Assembly (NCBI RefSeq): GCF_030028105.1
Contig: NC_092382.1
Span: forward strand, 99,588,699-99,652,698
Reading direction: 5' to 3'
DNA from: Mobula birostris
Lineage: Eukaryota
Length of the DNA: 64,000 nt
Under the pieces are notes generated by a model. That model made no database searches, was not told where the DNA came from, and saw nothing but the letters and a program-made list of their open reading frames with translations. Of the stretch, positions 1-13,423 are shown piece after piece. The translations under genes and the position numbers were made by a program. Within the stretch, counting starts at the first letter, position 1, and the number at the start of each line of letters is the position of its first letter.

Positions 1-342
1 GCCCTGAATCTACACAACAGCTTAGTCTGCACAGCTGCCTGCGGAAGCTGAGACAGACATGTGCCTGTGAAGAAAATGGAAGGATACTCTCATTCTACAA
101 GCAAATAAAAAAAATCGTTAGTGTATAGATAGAAAACTGACTGGTGATAGGTCAAATTGATGCCCCCTTCTCAACAGAGTCAAACTGCGCAGCAGCTTTG
201 AGTGTCCTGTGGACTCGGAGCCCAAGCAGAGTTTCTCGATAGTTATACAGAAAGAACTGCATCTCAGCAATCGAAAAGTAGCGTTCAGTACGCCAGACCT
301 GCCAGACAGGGACTTCAGGAGAGACGCTTTGAGATCATATAA

Positions 343-3300
343 CCATATAACCATATAAGAATTACAGCACGGAAACAGGCCATTTCGGCCCATCTGGTCA
401 GTGCCGAACTCTTACTCACAAATACTCCTACCGACCTGCACTCAGCCCATAACGCTCCATTCCTTCCCTGTCCATATATCTATCCAAATTAACTTTAAAC
501 GACGCAATCTACCCTGCCTCAACCACTTCTGCTGGAAGCTCGTTCCACACAGCTACCACTCTCTGAGTGAAGAAGTCCCCCCTCATGTTACCCTAATCGT
601 TTGCCCTTTAACTCTCAAATCATGTCCTCTTGCTTGAATCTCCCCCACTCTCAATGGAAAAAAAGCCTATCAACGTCAACTCTATCAATCCCCGTCATAA
701 TTTTAAACACCACTATGAAGTCCCCCTCAACCTTCTACGCTCCAAAGAATAAAGACCTAACTTGTTCACCCTTTCTCTATAACTTAGAAGATGAAACCCA
801 GGCAACATTTTAGTAAATCTCCTCTGTACTCTCGCAATTTTTTTGACATCATTCCTATAATTCGGTGACCAGAGCTGTACACAATACTCCAAATTTGGCC
901 TTACCACTGCCTTGTACAATTTCAACATTACAGCCCAACTCCTGTACTCAATGCTCTGATTCATAAAAGCCAGCATACCAAAAGCTTTTTTCACCACCCT
1001 ATCCACATGAGATTCCACCTTCACGGAACTATGCACCATTATTTCCAGATCCCTCAGTTCTACAGCATTCTTCAATGCCCTACCATTTACCATGTATGCC
1101 CTATTTTGATTAGTCCTACCAAAATATAGCACCTCACATTTTTCAGCATTAAGCTTTATCTTCACTCTTTCAGCCCACTCTTCTAACTGGCCTAAATCCC
1201 TCTGCAATCTTTGAAAACCTACTTGATTATCCACAACGCCACCCATCTTACAATCATCTGCATGCTTACTAGTCCAATTTACCGCCCCATCAGACTGATC
1301 ATTAATATATATGACAAACAATATTGGACCAAGTACAGATCCCTGAGTCACACCGCTGCACACCGTAGACCAAACTGACACACAGTTATCCACCACAACT
1401 CTCTGGCTTCTCCCATCCAGCCACTGCTGAATCCATTTTACTGCTTCGATATTAATGCCTAACGACTCAATCTTCCTAACTAACCTTCCGTGTGGGACCT
1501 TGTCAAAGGCCTTACTGAAGTCCATATAGACAACATCCACCGATTTTACCCTCCTCAACTTTCCTAGTAACGTCATCAAATAATTCAATAAGATTTGTCA
1601 AACATGACCATCCACGCAAAAATCCATGTTGACTGTTCCTAATCAGACCCTGTCTATTAAGATAATTATAAATACCATCTCTAAGAATATTTTTCATCAA
1701 TTCACCCAACACTGACGTCAAACTCACAGCCCGATAATTGCTAGGTTTACTCTTAATACCCTTTTCAAACAATGGAACCACATGAGCAATACGCCAGTCC
1801 TCCGGCACCATCCCCGTTGCTAATGACGTTTGAAATACTTCTGTCAGAGCCCCTGCTATTTCCACACTAACTTATCTCACGGTCCTAGGCAATATCTTGT
1901 CCGGAACCGGAGACTTGTCCATTTTTATATTCCTTAAAAGTCCCAGTACTTCCTCTTCTTTAATCGTCATACTTTCCATAACTACCCTTCTTGTATCCTT
2001 TATCTTACACAATTCAATATCCCTCTCCTTAGTTAATACCGAAGAAAAGAAATTGTTCGAAATCTCCTCCATCTCTTTTGGCTCCGCACATAGTCGTCCA
2101 CTATGATTCTCTAAAGAAACAATTTTATCCCTCACTGTCTTTGCGTATTAATATAACTGTAAAAACTCTTTGGATTTATTTTCACCTTACATGCCAAAGC
2201 AGCCTCGTATCTTCTTTTAGCTTTTCTAATTTCTTTCTTATGATTCTTTTTACATTCTTTATGTTCTCGAGCAGATATTTAACTCCAAGCTGCCTATATT
2301 TATTGCAGATCCCTCTCCTTTTCGGAACCAAGTTTCTTATCTCCCTTGAAAGCCATGGCTCTCTCAAACTTTTAACCAGTCCTTTCAACCTAACAGGAAC
2401 ATAAAGATCCTGTACCCTCAAAATTTCACATTTAAATGACCTGCATTTCTCTGTTACATCGCTTCCATAAAAGAAACTGTCCCAATCCACTCCTTCTAAA
2501 TCCTTTCACTTCTCCTCCAAGTTAGCTTTTCTCCAATCAAAAATGTCAACCCTGGGTCCAGTCCTATCCTTCTCCATAATTATATTGAAACTAATGTTAT
2601 TGTGATCACTGGAACCGAAGTGCTCCCCAACACATACCTCCGTCATCTGCCCTATCTCATTCCCTAACAGGAGATCCAACACTGCCCCTTCACTAGTTGG
2701 GACCTCTATGCAGTGCTGCAAAAAAATATCTTGCACACATTTGAAAAAATCCAAACTATACAGCCATTTTACAGAATGGGCTTCCCAGTATGTGTGTGGA
2801 AAATTAAAATATCCCATTATCACAACCTTGCGCTTCCTACAAATATCTGCTATCTCCTTACAAATTTGATCCTCCAGTTCTCGGTCCTCAATTAGGTGGT
2901 CTACGATACACTCCTATAAACGTCACAGCACCTTTTCTATTCCTCGGTTCCACCCAAATAGCCTCCCGAGACGAGTCCACTAATCTATCCTGCCAGATCA
3001 CCGCTGTTATATTTTCTTAAACAAGCAATGTAGCATCTCCCCCTCTTGTCCTTCCAATTCTATCACACCTAAAACAACGAAATGTTGGAATATTTAGTTG
3101 CCAATCAGACTCCTCCTGCAGCCATGTTTCACTAATAGCTACAACATCATATTTCCAGGTATCAATCCATGCTCTAAGCTCACCCAGCGTTCTTCCAATG
3201 CTCCTAGCATTAAAATAGATGCATTTAAGAAACTCTCCACCTCTTCCTCTCTGTTTATCCTTGATGGAGCAAACAAATTGTTATCTTTTTCTTCCTTGTC

Positions 3301-4330
3301 CCCTATATCTTCGGTCGGAGTTTTCCTAATATCTGTCCCCTGCCTATCCTCCCTCATATATTGTCTACTAGCTTTCTCTATTTGTGAACTAACCTCCTCT
3401 CTCAGAGTCTCTTTAATTTGATTCCTACCCCAGCCATTTTAGTTTAAAGTCTCCTCAGTAGCCCCCGCAAATCTCCCCACCAGGATATTGTACCCCTAGG
3501 ATTCAAGTGTAACCCGTCCTTTCTGTAAAGGTCACACCTGCGCCAAAAGAGGTCCCAAAGATACAAACATTTGAATCCCTGCCGGCTGCTCCAATCCCTG
3601 AACCACGCATTTATCCTCCACCTCATCGCATTCCTACTCTCACTGTCACGTAGCACAGATAGCAATCCCGAGATTACTACCTTTGCGGTCCTTCTTCTCA
3701 ACTGCCTTCCTAACGCTACATATTCTCCTTTCAGGTCCTCTCCCTTTTTCCTACCGATGTCATTGGTAACTATACGCACCTATTGTCAAGGGGCACAGCC
3801 ACTGGGGTACTCTCTATTACCTAACACTTCCTCTTCCCCCGCCAAGCAGTGACCCACTTGTCTGCCTCCTGTGGCCCCGGTGTAACCACCTGCCTGTAAC
3901 TCCTCTCTATCAACTCCTTACTCTCCCTGACCAGACGAAGGTCATCGAGCTGCAGCTCCACTTCTCTAACGCGGTCTCTCAGGAGCTGCATCTTGGCGCA
4001 CCTGGCGGAGATGTGGGCGTCCGTGAGGCCTGGAGACCCCAGGACCTCCCACATCCGGCACAGAGAACAACAAGCTGCCCTCACACTCATACTGCCCCTC
4101 TACTCAAATAACAACGGAAAATGAATACCAAACCCCCCTCGCCTCGCCCGTTTCCGCCTAAGCCCGTTGAGTCGAAGCCCTTAAGCCTTCACTCTGTTCC
4201 CGACTCACTTCGCAGCCGGCAAACGACGTGCTCGCTGTGTAAGACTCTGTTCCTTTTAAATGTTCCGCGCTGCACTGCCCGACCTCCCACGCCCTCGCAG
4301 TCCCGCCTGTCTGAACGCCGACAAAAGAAA
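343..4330 (-). mobile_element. Near full-length, decayed CR1 LINE (ORF1 zinc-finger/esterase, ORF2 endonuclease-RT)
   Basis: Minus-strand ORFs 713-1588 (YMDFSKAFDKVPHGRL, QGSVLGP, RPNLEYCVQLWSP), 1512-1865 (PEDWRIAHVVPLFEKG), 3444-3779 (SGNH-like ORF1) and 3821-4090 (CSLCRMWEV). A (TATGGT)n-type 3' tail lies at ~343-360. Many frameshifts. Confidence 0.9.
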
Positions 4331-4399
4331 GATACCGAAAAATTTATAACTGGCTTCCTCCACACTCCTCCGAAATCTTCTTGAATTGAAAAAGCACCA

Positions 4400-7250
4400 A
4401 GTCTGGCTGACACAAATATACGGAGTTGGACCCACCAAATTATCAATCATTCGATGGGGAGCATTTTGGGAACAGTGCCCATAATCGCAGATGTGTTATG
4501 GTCGTTCTAGGTTATGATCAGACTGGTCTTCACTGGCCAGAATTCAGTCTGCCGAATTCCGAATATAAATGCATTGGGCAGGATCTGGGGAATCGCCGCC
4601 GGGGCTAAGTCCACACCTCAGAGGTGGATGTTTTATAATTTGGATCAGAGTATGATTGACTGTAACATTTCTGACCTGAACGTCCGAGTCTTCAGGTTGT
4701 AGCAGAGGGATAGGGATATCGGCAGAGTGGGTGGCTTGGCTGTGCAGAAAATAACGGCACCTGCTCAGTAGAAAATGTAGCTCGGGATCGTAAGCTGTGG
4801 AATCCTTGTCGGCTGAGTTCCGAAACTGCCGGGGTAACAGAATCTTCATGGGAGGTATATACAGTCCTCCCAACAGTAGAAGGGATACAGACCACATATT
4901 TCAAGGGGAAAAATGTATGCCTGAAGGGCAATATTCTTCAGATCTTCAGCCATCGGATTTGTTTAAATGCATCTCGATTGATTTGGTTTGTTTTTGCCAT
5001 CCTGGACTGGGTGTTATGAAATGAACCAAAAATGATTTGGGGAGCACAAGGGAAAATAACCCTTCGGAGGCAGTGATCACACTCTGATTTGCTTCAAATT
5101 GACATATTACAGAGAGAAATTAAAGTCTAACGCAGCAGTATTTCGGTGCCGTAAACCGAATTATAGTGGTTTGAAGAAGGTCTCGACCGAAGTAAATTTG
5201 GAGATGCTGTCAGCGTTATTTGCAGGGCAGAAACGGTGTGAGTTTCTGGTAAAACGGGGGAACGTGCAGAATAGATCTATTCTGAAAACAAAAGAATAGT
5301 CGAAAAGCCAAATAGTACAATTGTGGAGGACAAGGGAAGTCAAACCAAACGTAAAAGCAAAAGAGTGAGCATACAACAGAGCAACAATGAAGATTAAGCA
5401 TACGGAGAGCAAGTAAACGATTCATTAGAAGGAAAAGGTGAAATTAGAAAGCAAGCTAATAAAAATTTCTAAGTGGATTTTACCAGCCTTTTCAAATATA
5501 AAGGAGAAATGAGAGTAGATGTAGGTCGGCTAGAAAATGAGGAACGAGAAAATACAACGATGGACAAGGAGATGACAGATGAACTATATGAGTGTGTAGC
5601 ATCAGTCTTCGCTGTGGAGGAATCGAGCAGCTTGCCTGATGTTGCACTGTGTGAAGGAAGAGAGGTGGGTTCACATACTGTTACAAGAGAGAAGGTGCTC
5701 AATCACCTGAAAGAACGGAGGTTGCATAGGTCACCCGGGCCAGACCAATTGCACCATTGGGCTCCAAAAGAGATTGTAAAGGCATTTTCAATGATCTTTC
5801 TAAAAATATTGGACTCCGTCATAGTATCATAGGGCTGAAAGATTTCAACTGCCACCAGATTGTTTAGGAAAGGAGGAAGGTAGCAGAAAGGGAAATATAT
5901 ATCATATATCCTAACTTAGTGGTTGGGAAGATGTTGGATTCAATTGGTAAGGGAGGGCAAATTCAGTACGTTCCTCTGCTGTCTCTATCAGTACCCCACG
6001 CAGTTACCATCAGCCTCAAGGGACTTCCATATTTCATAAATTTGCTAAAACCCTGCCGGACTTGCTGGATTTCATTGTTGAGAATCCATGCAGATAAATA
6101 AGCAGGACGCACCAGATGTTGTCCGTTTGGACTCTCAAAAGACATTTGACAAGATGCCACGCGAGAGTCTGCGTATCAAATTAAGAGTACTTGGTGTTGC
6201 AAGAAATAAGAGCGCATTAGGTGAATGGTCGGAGGCAGCGACCGGTGAAAAAAAGATCCGTTGCTCGTTGGTTGCCAGTGACTCGCCGTGTTCCGCAGGT
6301 GTCTGTGTAAGGAACACTTTTTTATGCTCTATGTCAATGATATAAATGATGGAACCGATGTTTGTTTGTTAGACATAGTTTGCAGAGTAGAATTGGCACG
6401 AAATTGGCAAGTGAAAGAAAATGTTGAGTAGAATTGGCACGAAATTGGCAAGTGAAAGAAAATGTCGAATAATGCATGGTCATGCACATTGGTAGTAGAA
6501 TTAAATGTGCAGTGCAGTCTCTTTGCTAATCGTGGATATTTTTTTTTTTCCACCAAACTTCAGTTCAAAGAAAATTGGGAGTTGTCGTACGGAACACCTA
6601 AAGTTTTAATGTTCAGGTAGAGTCGGAGGTAAGGAAGGAAAATACAAGGTGAGCATCCTTTTTAAGAGGTCTAGAAAACAAAAGTAGGAATTGAATGTTG
6701 AAGCTTTATTAGACAGTGCTGAAGCCTCAGCGTGAGGATTCTGAACAGTTTTCGGATGCTCATCAAATAAAAGATGTGCTGGCATTGGAGTGGGTCCGGA
6801 GGAGGTTCATAAGGATGATTCCATGAATGAAAGGGTTATCACACGAGAAACGTTTCATGCCACTGGGCCTCTACTCAGGAGGATTCAGAGGAATGAGGTG
6901 TGATCTCATTAAAACCTTACGAATGTTGAAAAAGCCTCGACAGACAGGATATGGAAAGGATGTTTCCCAAGGCTGGAGTGTCTCGGAAGAGGAAGCGACG
7001 CGTCTGAACAGAGATGCGGTCATTTAAAACTGCTATGTGCAGAACATTCCTCAGCTGGAGGTTGTGAATTTGTGCAATTAGTTGCTACATTCAGCTGTGG
7101 AGGCCAGGTCGTTCTGAATATTTAAGGCGGAGACCTATTGCTTGTTGATTGGACAGGGCAGCAAACATTCCGGCGATAAGGCCAGGAAATGGCGGTGAGG
7201 AGAGGAAATAAAGGATCAGCCATGATTGAGTAGACCCCATCTGCCAAGTG
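4400..7250 (+). mobile_element. Heavily decayed CR1 LINE ORF2 and 3' end
   Basis: Broken frames with CR1 motifs (KTFDKMP at ~6140, SPGPDQLH at ~5735, PLGLYS..FRGMRCDLI at ~6860) and CR1 3'UTR-like sequence near 7200. Confidence 0.7.
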
Positions 7251-7399
7251 GCCTTCAATCGGGAGATGAGGAAAGAAGACGCTGGAAGAACCGATCGGAG
7301 GATGCAATCCGGTGGGAGACGCGTTTGTTCGAGAGGATTGCGAGCGACATTCGGGAGGTGGTGCGTGTTGTCACATTGACCGAAGGATCAGCATTCGAG

Positions 7400-8450
7400 T
7401 GACAAGGAAGTTCAAGATGATCTCCTACCGGTACACATTTGACTGGTGCACATTTTTGTTCCTCGTTACTGACCCTTCACTTTAGTTAAGATTCATTAAT
7501 ATAATCTCTTTAATCGTAATCTGTCTGTTATTTCATGTCACTAATTTGAAACAGGGTTGCAAATTGCAGAGCGGCAAAACTGGTTTGTAACCGAGCCATC
7601 TTAATCTCACTAGCTTTGGGGGAACGGGAGAGTGCTTTTCCTGGACGGACACACCCGACGGAAACGGGGCGGAGGCCGGTCAGCATATATCCATTTCCAT
7701 ATACAACGAGATTCAGTTTCTTGCGAAGATGCTCAATAAATTATTAATAGAACAATAACCATCTCAGAATCTGTGACCATTAACAGACGATTAATAGAAC
7801 TATAACCAGACCATGTAACCATGTGGCTGATAAAAACGATTTTTTTTCAGTCCCCTGATTATCTTTAAAGCACATATTATTCTGCTAATCCGGCTGGGNN
7901 NNNNNNNNNNNNNNNNNNNNNNNNNNNNNNNNNNNNNNNNNNNNNNNNNNNNNNNNNNNNNNNNNNNNNNNNNNNNNNNNNNNNNNNNNNNNNNNNNNNN
8001 NNNNNNNNNNNNNNNNNNNNNNNNNNNNNNNNNNNNNNNNNNNNNNNNGAGGGGAGGGAGATCTTCACGCTGTTTCATTGTGTCTCCACACCGATGAACC
8101 GACTGTGAATACTCAGTGAAAGTATCTGCAACATGATAAGCAGCCGAGTTAAGAAAGGACAGGATGATCCCTAAATATGTCAAAAAAAAAAAGTCGGTAA
8201 CCAATCTAAATGGTAAGCACCCATAAATTGGAAACTGCATGTTGAGGGGAAACAGTTCACTCTTCTTAAGGTTGAAGTTAGAACCAGAAAAAGTACTAAA
8301 CTGAGACAACAAAGATAAAACAGCGGGACTGGATTTCTCAGGATTAGAAATATATAATAACAAATCATGTGCATATAATAATAACTTATGTATCTCATTT
8401 CCACAGGTATTACCAAGAATATTAGGTAAATCTCGAATAGCAAGTGCTAA
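7400..8450 (-). mobile_element. L1/Tx1-type LINE RT fragment spanning an assembly gap
   Basis: ORF 7800-8363 LLYISNPEKSSPAVLSLLSQFSTFSGSNFNLKKSELFPLN, typical of L1-clade RT just after the YADD motif. Confidence 0.6.
7899..8048. other. Assembly gap (150 N)
   Basis: Run of N. Confidence 1.
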
Positions 8451-8624
8451 GGGTTCAAGACCAATATAAAACAGTAATGGACTACGAAGACATCGCTGCT
8501 TACTGCCCCGAATTAAGCGAAAAAAGAGAAAACAAATTCTTCAATTGGTTAATTCATACTCTATATGTGCTAAACATGCGTTGATACAATTTAAAATAGT
8601 GCATAGGGCCCATAGGGCCTATTT

Positions 8625-10640
8625 GAAATTTTGAGGGTATGGAATCTTTATGCTCCTGTTAGGCTGAAAGGAAAGGTTAAACGTTTGAGAGAGCCATGGT
8701 TTTCAAGGGATATTGGAAAATTGGTGCGAAAAATGAGAGATATCTACTATAAATATAGGCAGCATGGAGTAAATGAGGTGCTCGAGGAATTAAAGAATGT
8801 AACAAAGAATCTTAGGAAAGAAATCAGAAAAGATAAAAGAAGATATGAGGTTGCTTTAGCAAATAATGTGAAAATAAATGTCAAGGGTTTCTGCAGTCAT
8901 ATTAATAGCAAAAGGATAGTGAGTGATAAAATTAGTCCCTTAGAGAATCAGTGTGGACAGCTATGTGTGGAGCCAAAAGAGATGGGGGAGATTCTGAACA
9001 ATTTGGGAACTATGATGATTAAAGAAGAGGAAGTTCTGGCTCTTTCACGGAATATAAAATTTTATCCGTCTCCTGATCCTGACAGGATATTCCATAGGAA
9101 CTTGAGGGAAGTGGGTGTGGAAATAGCAGGGGCTCTGACAGAAATATTTCAAATGTTATTAGAAACGGGGATGGCGCCGGAAGATTGGCTTATTGCTCAT
9201 GTTGTTCCATTTTTTAAAAAAAAAGGGTTCTAAGGGTAAACCCAGCAATTATCGGTCTGTGAATTTGACGTCACTGGTGGGCAAAGTGATGGAAAGTGGT
9301 CTTAGAAATGGTATATATAATTATCTGGATGAACAGGGTCGCATTAGGAACAGTCAACATGGATTTGTGCGTGGTAGGCAATATTTGACAAAATCATATT
9401 GAATTTTTTGAAGAGGTTTCTAGGAAAGTTGACGAGGGTAAAGCGATGGATGTTATCTATATGGACTTCAGTAAGGCCTTTGACAAAGTTTCACATGGAA
9501 GATTAGTTCGGAAGGTTCAATCGTTGGCTATTAACATTGAAGTAGTAAAATGGATTCATAGTGGCTGGATGGGAGACGCCAGAGAGTAGTGCTGGATAAC
9601 TGTCAGATTGGAGGCCGTTGACGAGCAGTGTTGGTCAGGGATCTGCACTGGGTCCAATGTTGTTTGTCATATACATTAATTTTCTAGATGATGGGGTGGT
9701 AAATTCGATGAGTACGCATGCAGATGACACTTAGATAGGTGGCGTTGTAGATAATGAAGCGGGTTTTCAAAGCTTGCAGAGAGATTTAGCCAACTTAGAA
9801 CAGTGGGCTGAAAGACGGCAGATGGAGTTTAATGCTGATAAATGTGCGCAGCTACATTTTGGTAGGGCTAATCAAAATAGGGCATACATGGTAAATGGTA
9901 GGGCACTGAAAAATGCAGGTGAACAGAGGTATCTCGGAATAATGGTGAACAGTTCCCTGAAGGTCAAATCTCATGTGGATAGGAAGGTGAAGACAGCTTT
10001 TGGTATGCTGGCCTTTATAAATCAGCGCATTGAGTATATGAGTTGGGATGTAATGTTGAAATTGTAAAAGGCACTGGTGAGGTTAAATTTGGAGTATAGT
10101 GTACAGTTTTGGTCACCGAATTATAGGCAAGATGTCAACAAAATAGAGACAGTACAGTGAAGATCTACTAGAATGTTACCTGGGTTTTATCACCTAAGTT
10201 CCAGAGAAAGGTTGAACAAGTTGTGTCTTTATTCTTTAGAGCGTAGAAGGTTGAGGGGGGACTTGATAGAGGTATTGAAAATTATGAGGGTGATAGATAG
10301 AGTTGACTTGGATAGACGTTTTCCATTCAGGGTGGGGGAGAGTCAAACAAGAGGACATGAGTTGAGAGTTAATGGAGAAAAGTTTAGGGGTAACATGAGG
10401 GGGAACTTCTTTACTCAGAGAGTGGTAACTGTGTGGAACGAGCTTCCAGCAGAAGTGGTTGAGGCAGGTTCGATGTTGTCGTTTAAAGTTAAATTGGACA
10501 GATATATGGACAGGAAAGGAATGGAGGGTTATGGGCTGAGTGCAGGTCGGAGGGATTAGGTGAGAGTAAGAGTTCGGCACGGACTAGAAGGGCCGATATG
10601 GCCTGTTTCCGTGCTGTAATTGTTATGTGGTTATATGTTT
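8625..10640 (+). mobile_element. 5'-truncated CR1 LINE (same family as 343-4330)
   Basis: ORFs 8631-9233, 9193-9402, 9774-10067 and 10173-10559 encode CR1 ORF2 pieces. 3' tail ttgttatgtggttatatg at ~10620. Confidence 0.9.
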
Positions 10641-11049
10641 AAAGCTAAATTAGCTCGTTATTACACTCCTATAAATCCTGTTTCTGATCGACGCCTCTCC
10701 GAGATAGCTTCTTTCACTCACACGTTTTTGTCATGTCTTTTTTTGAAAAAAAAAAAATACCGGAAAGATATATTTGGTATTATTTCCACTGTTCTGAGTA
10801 TTGATTTACAACCTCACCCGATTACCGGAATTTTTAGTTTACCAATATTAGAACTGAATCAGTTAACCTTTCTGCTCCTCGGATGAAACATTCCTTACAC
10901 TAATGGCTGGAAGATCCATTTTGCTGAATTGGAACGAGATCAATCCTCCCACCATATTCCTTTGGCTCGCTCAAACTATGTTGTGTTTAAACTTAGGAAA
11001 AACAAATAGAAGTGTCAGCATCCATTTTCAGAGGACTGGGACATAAGAG

Positions 11050-11680
11050 CAACTCTTCAGCAACCTATTAATCTGGATACTCTTCCTAGTTTCCGCCTCA
11101 CAAGCACGTGGCTCGGGCAGCCAGTCCTGGAGGTGCTGCCTTGTAACTTGGCCCTTATCTCCAGGAACTGGCAGTGCGGGACATCGTCAGTTTTCGTGCC
11201 CATGTCATTGGTACCTCAATGTGTCACGATTTCGAGCTGTTCGCACTGCCATTTAAGAATGCTGAGGACTCGATCCGAGATATCCCTGATGTTGTCGCGA
11301 CAGAGCCACCTGTCCGCACCACTAAAGAATATCCTATCGCCACGTCATGACTTTCACATTGCCGCCCCTCCCCCCACACCCCACCCCCACAGTCACCGCT
11401 CAACGCCCACTTCCCTTCTGAGTCACAGAGGCAAACTAAGTGCCTGAGACCCGAACAATGAGACTGAACACTGTCAGCTGATCCTCCTGACCCCAAACTC
11501 CGCGACGGCATCCAAACTGTTGAGGGAGATGGCCAGAGGGGTGCTCTCCCCTGGCCCCTTCAGCCGTTTCTCCTTTATCCCTGTTAAACAGTCTCCTGTG
11601 CCCGGCGTCCCGGGTGTAACTGCCTCTCTATATGTTCCGGCCATCACCACTTCAGCCTTTGGAAGGAACTGGAGCTCCAT
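11050..11680 (-). mobile_element. CR1 ORF1 (esterase-like) fragment
   Basis: Reverse strand resembles the CR1 ORF1 region (VAIGYSLVVR-like, CSQLEIVTH-like). Decayed. Confidence 0.5.
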
Positions 11681-11759
11681 TCCTTTCCTGTTATTTTCCT
11701 GTTATATATAATATAGCTGTTAATTTCCTTTTGTACAATTTTAGAGTGAATAAAAAAGG

Positions 11760-13202
11760 AAAGGAGCACCATGTAAACGTTTGGGTACCCCAAGAGATTT
11801 GAGCACTTTGATAACTTTTACCAAGGTCTCAGACCTTAATTATCTTCTTACGGCTATGGCTTGTTCACAGACATCGTTCGGAAAGGCCGTGTAATGAAAA
11901 TTTCAAAGCTTAAGAATACCTAGACTCCTCAAACCTTCTCTCAACAATCAGCAGCCATAGGGACCTCTAAGCAACTGCCTAGCACTCTGAGAATTAAAAT
12001 AAATGATGCCCACAAGACAGTTGAAGTCTAAGAGAAGATAGCAAAGCGTTTTCAGGTAGCCGTTTCCTCAGTTCGGAATGTAATTGAGAAATGGCAGTTA
12101 ATAGGAACGCTGGGGGTCAAGTTAAGGTCTGGAAGAACAAGAAATCTTTCCGAGAGAACTGCTCGTGAGGTTGCAAAAAGGGGAATTTAAAACCCCCATT
12201 TGACAGCAAAACACCTTGGGGAAGATTTAGCAGACTCTGGAGTGGTGGTGCGCTGTTCTTCTGTGCAGCGACACCTGCACAAATATGATCTTCCTGGAAG
12301 AGTCATCAGAAGAAAACCTTTCCTGCATCCTCACCACAAAACTCAGCGTCAAAAGTTTTTTAAGGAACATCCAAACAAGCGTGATGTATTTTGGAAACAA
12401 GTCCTGTGGACTGATGAAGTTAAAATAGAACCTTTTGGCCGCAATGAGCAAAGGCATGTTGGGGCAGACAAACGGTGCAGACTTTCATGAAAAGTACACC
12501 TCTGCAGCTGTTAAGGACGGCGGTGGGTCAATCATGCGTTGGGGTTGTACCGCAACCTGTGGGACGGGGAACATTTCACTGGTAGAAAGAACAATGAATT
12601 CAGTTAAATACAGGCAAATGCAGGAAGCAAACATCACACCATCTGTAAAAACGCTGAAGTTGAAAGGAGAATGTCTGTTACACCAGCATAATGATCCTAA
12701 ACACGCCTCGAAATCCACTATGGATTACCTCAAGCGGCACAAGCTGAAGATTTGGACATGGCTCTCACAGTTCCCCGACCTAAACATCATCGAAAGAAAA
12801 AACTGTAGATAGACCTCAAAAGAGCAGTGCATGCAAGACGGCCCAAGAATTTTACAGAACTGCAAGGCTTTTGCAAGGAAGAAAGGGCGAAAATCCCCCA
12901 AACAAGAATTGAAAGACTTTTAGCTGGCTACAGAAAGCGTTGACAAGCTGTAATACTTTCCAAAGGGGGTGTGGCTAAGTACTGACCACTCAGTGTGCCA
13001 TCTAGATTGTCTCAGGCCCTATTCCTCTTTGTTAGTTTGAAACTGTAAAATATGGAAATTATAAAATAATCTTGCTTAAAATATTAAAGAAATGCGTCAT
13101 CTTTAACTTTAGGCCTTTTGGAAATCTGGTCATCTTTTACTGGCTTAGCGATTCACAGTTACAGAACTTTTGACCGGGGTGCCAAAACTTTGCATGCCAC
13201 TG
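11760..13202 (+). mobile_element. Tc1/mariner DNA transposon remnant with decayed transposase and right terminal inverted repeat
   Basis: ORFs 12200-12490 (VLWTDEVKIEPFG) and 12435-12812 (GGGSIMRWGC, HNDPKH, SQFPDLNIIE). The right TIR ends ...CACTG|TA at 13202 (reverse complement CAGTGGCATGCAAAG). No left terminus seen. Confidence 0.88.
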
Positions 13203-13423
13203 TATGCAACTGTAATCTTTTAGAACTATCTTTGCAATAATTACTTTTTATCTGTGGATATCATAATTGTGTTTTTTGTTTATTTTCTGCGTGTACCTTC
13301 CTTTCCAAACTGGTTGCATATCAGTGCCCAGCTGTGTGTCAATAAGTGTCTCAATTTTGTGTCCATTTACATACGGCACGCATCCCTGGCGAGCCGGCTG
13401 CTGGGATTATTAGATACACTTCC
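13041..13423. repeat. Left copy of ~383-bp direct duplication flanking the L1
   Basis: Matches 16853-17236 with about 15 differences by eye. Ends exactly at the L1 poly(T). Confidence 0.95.
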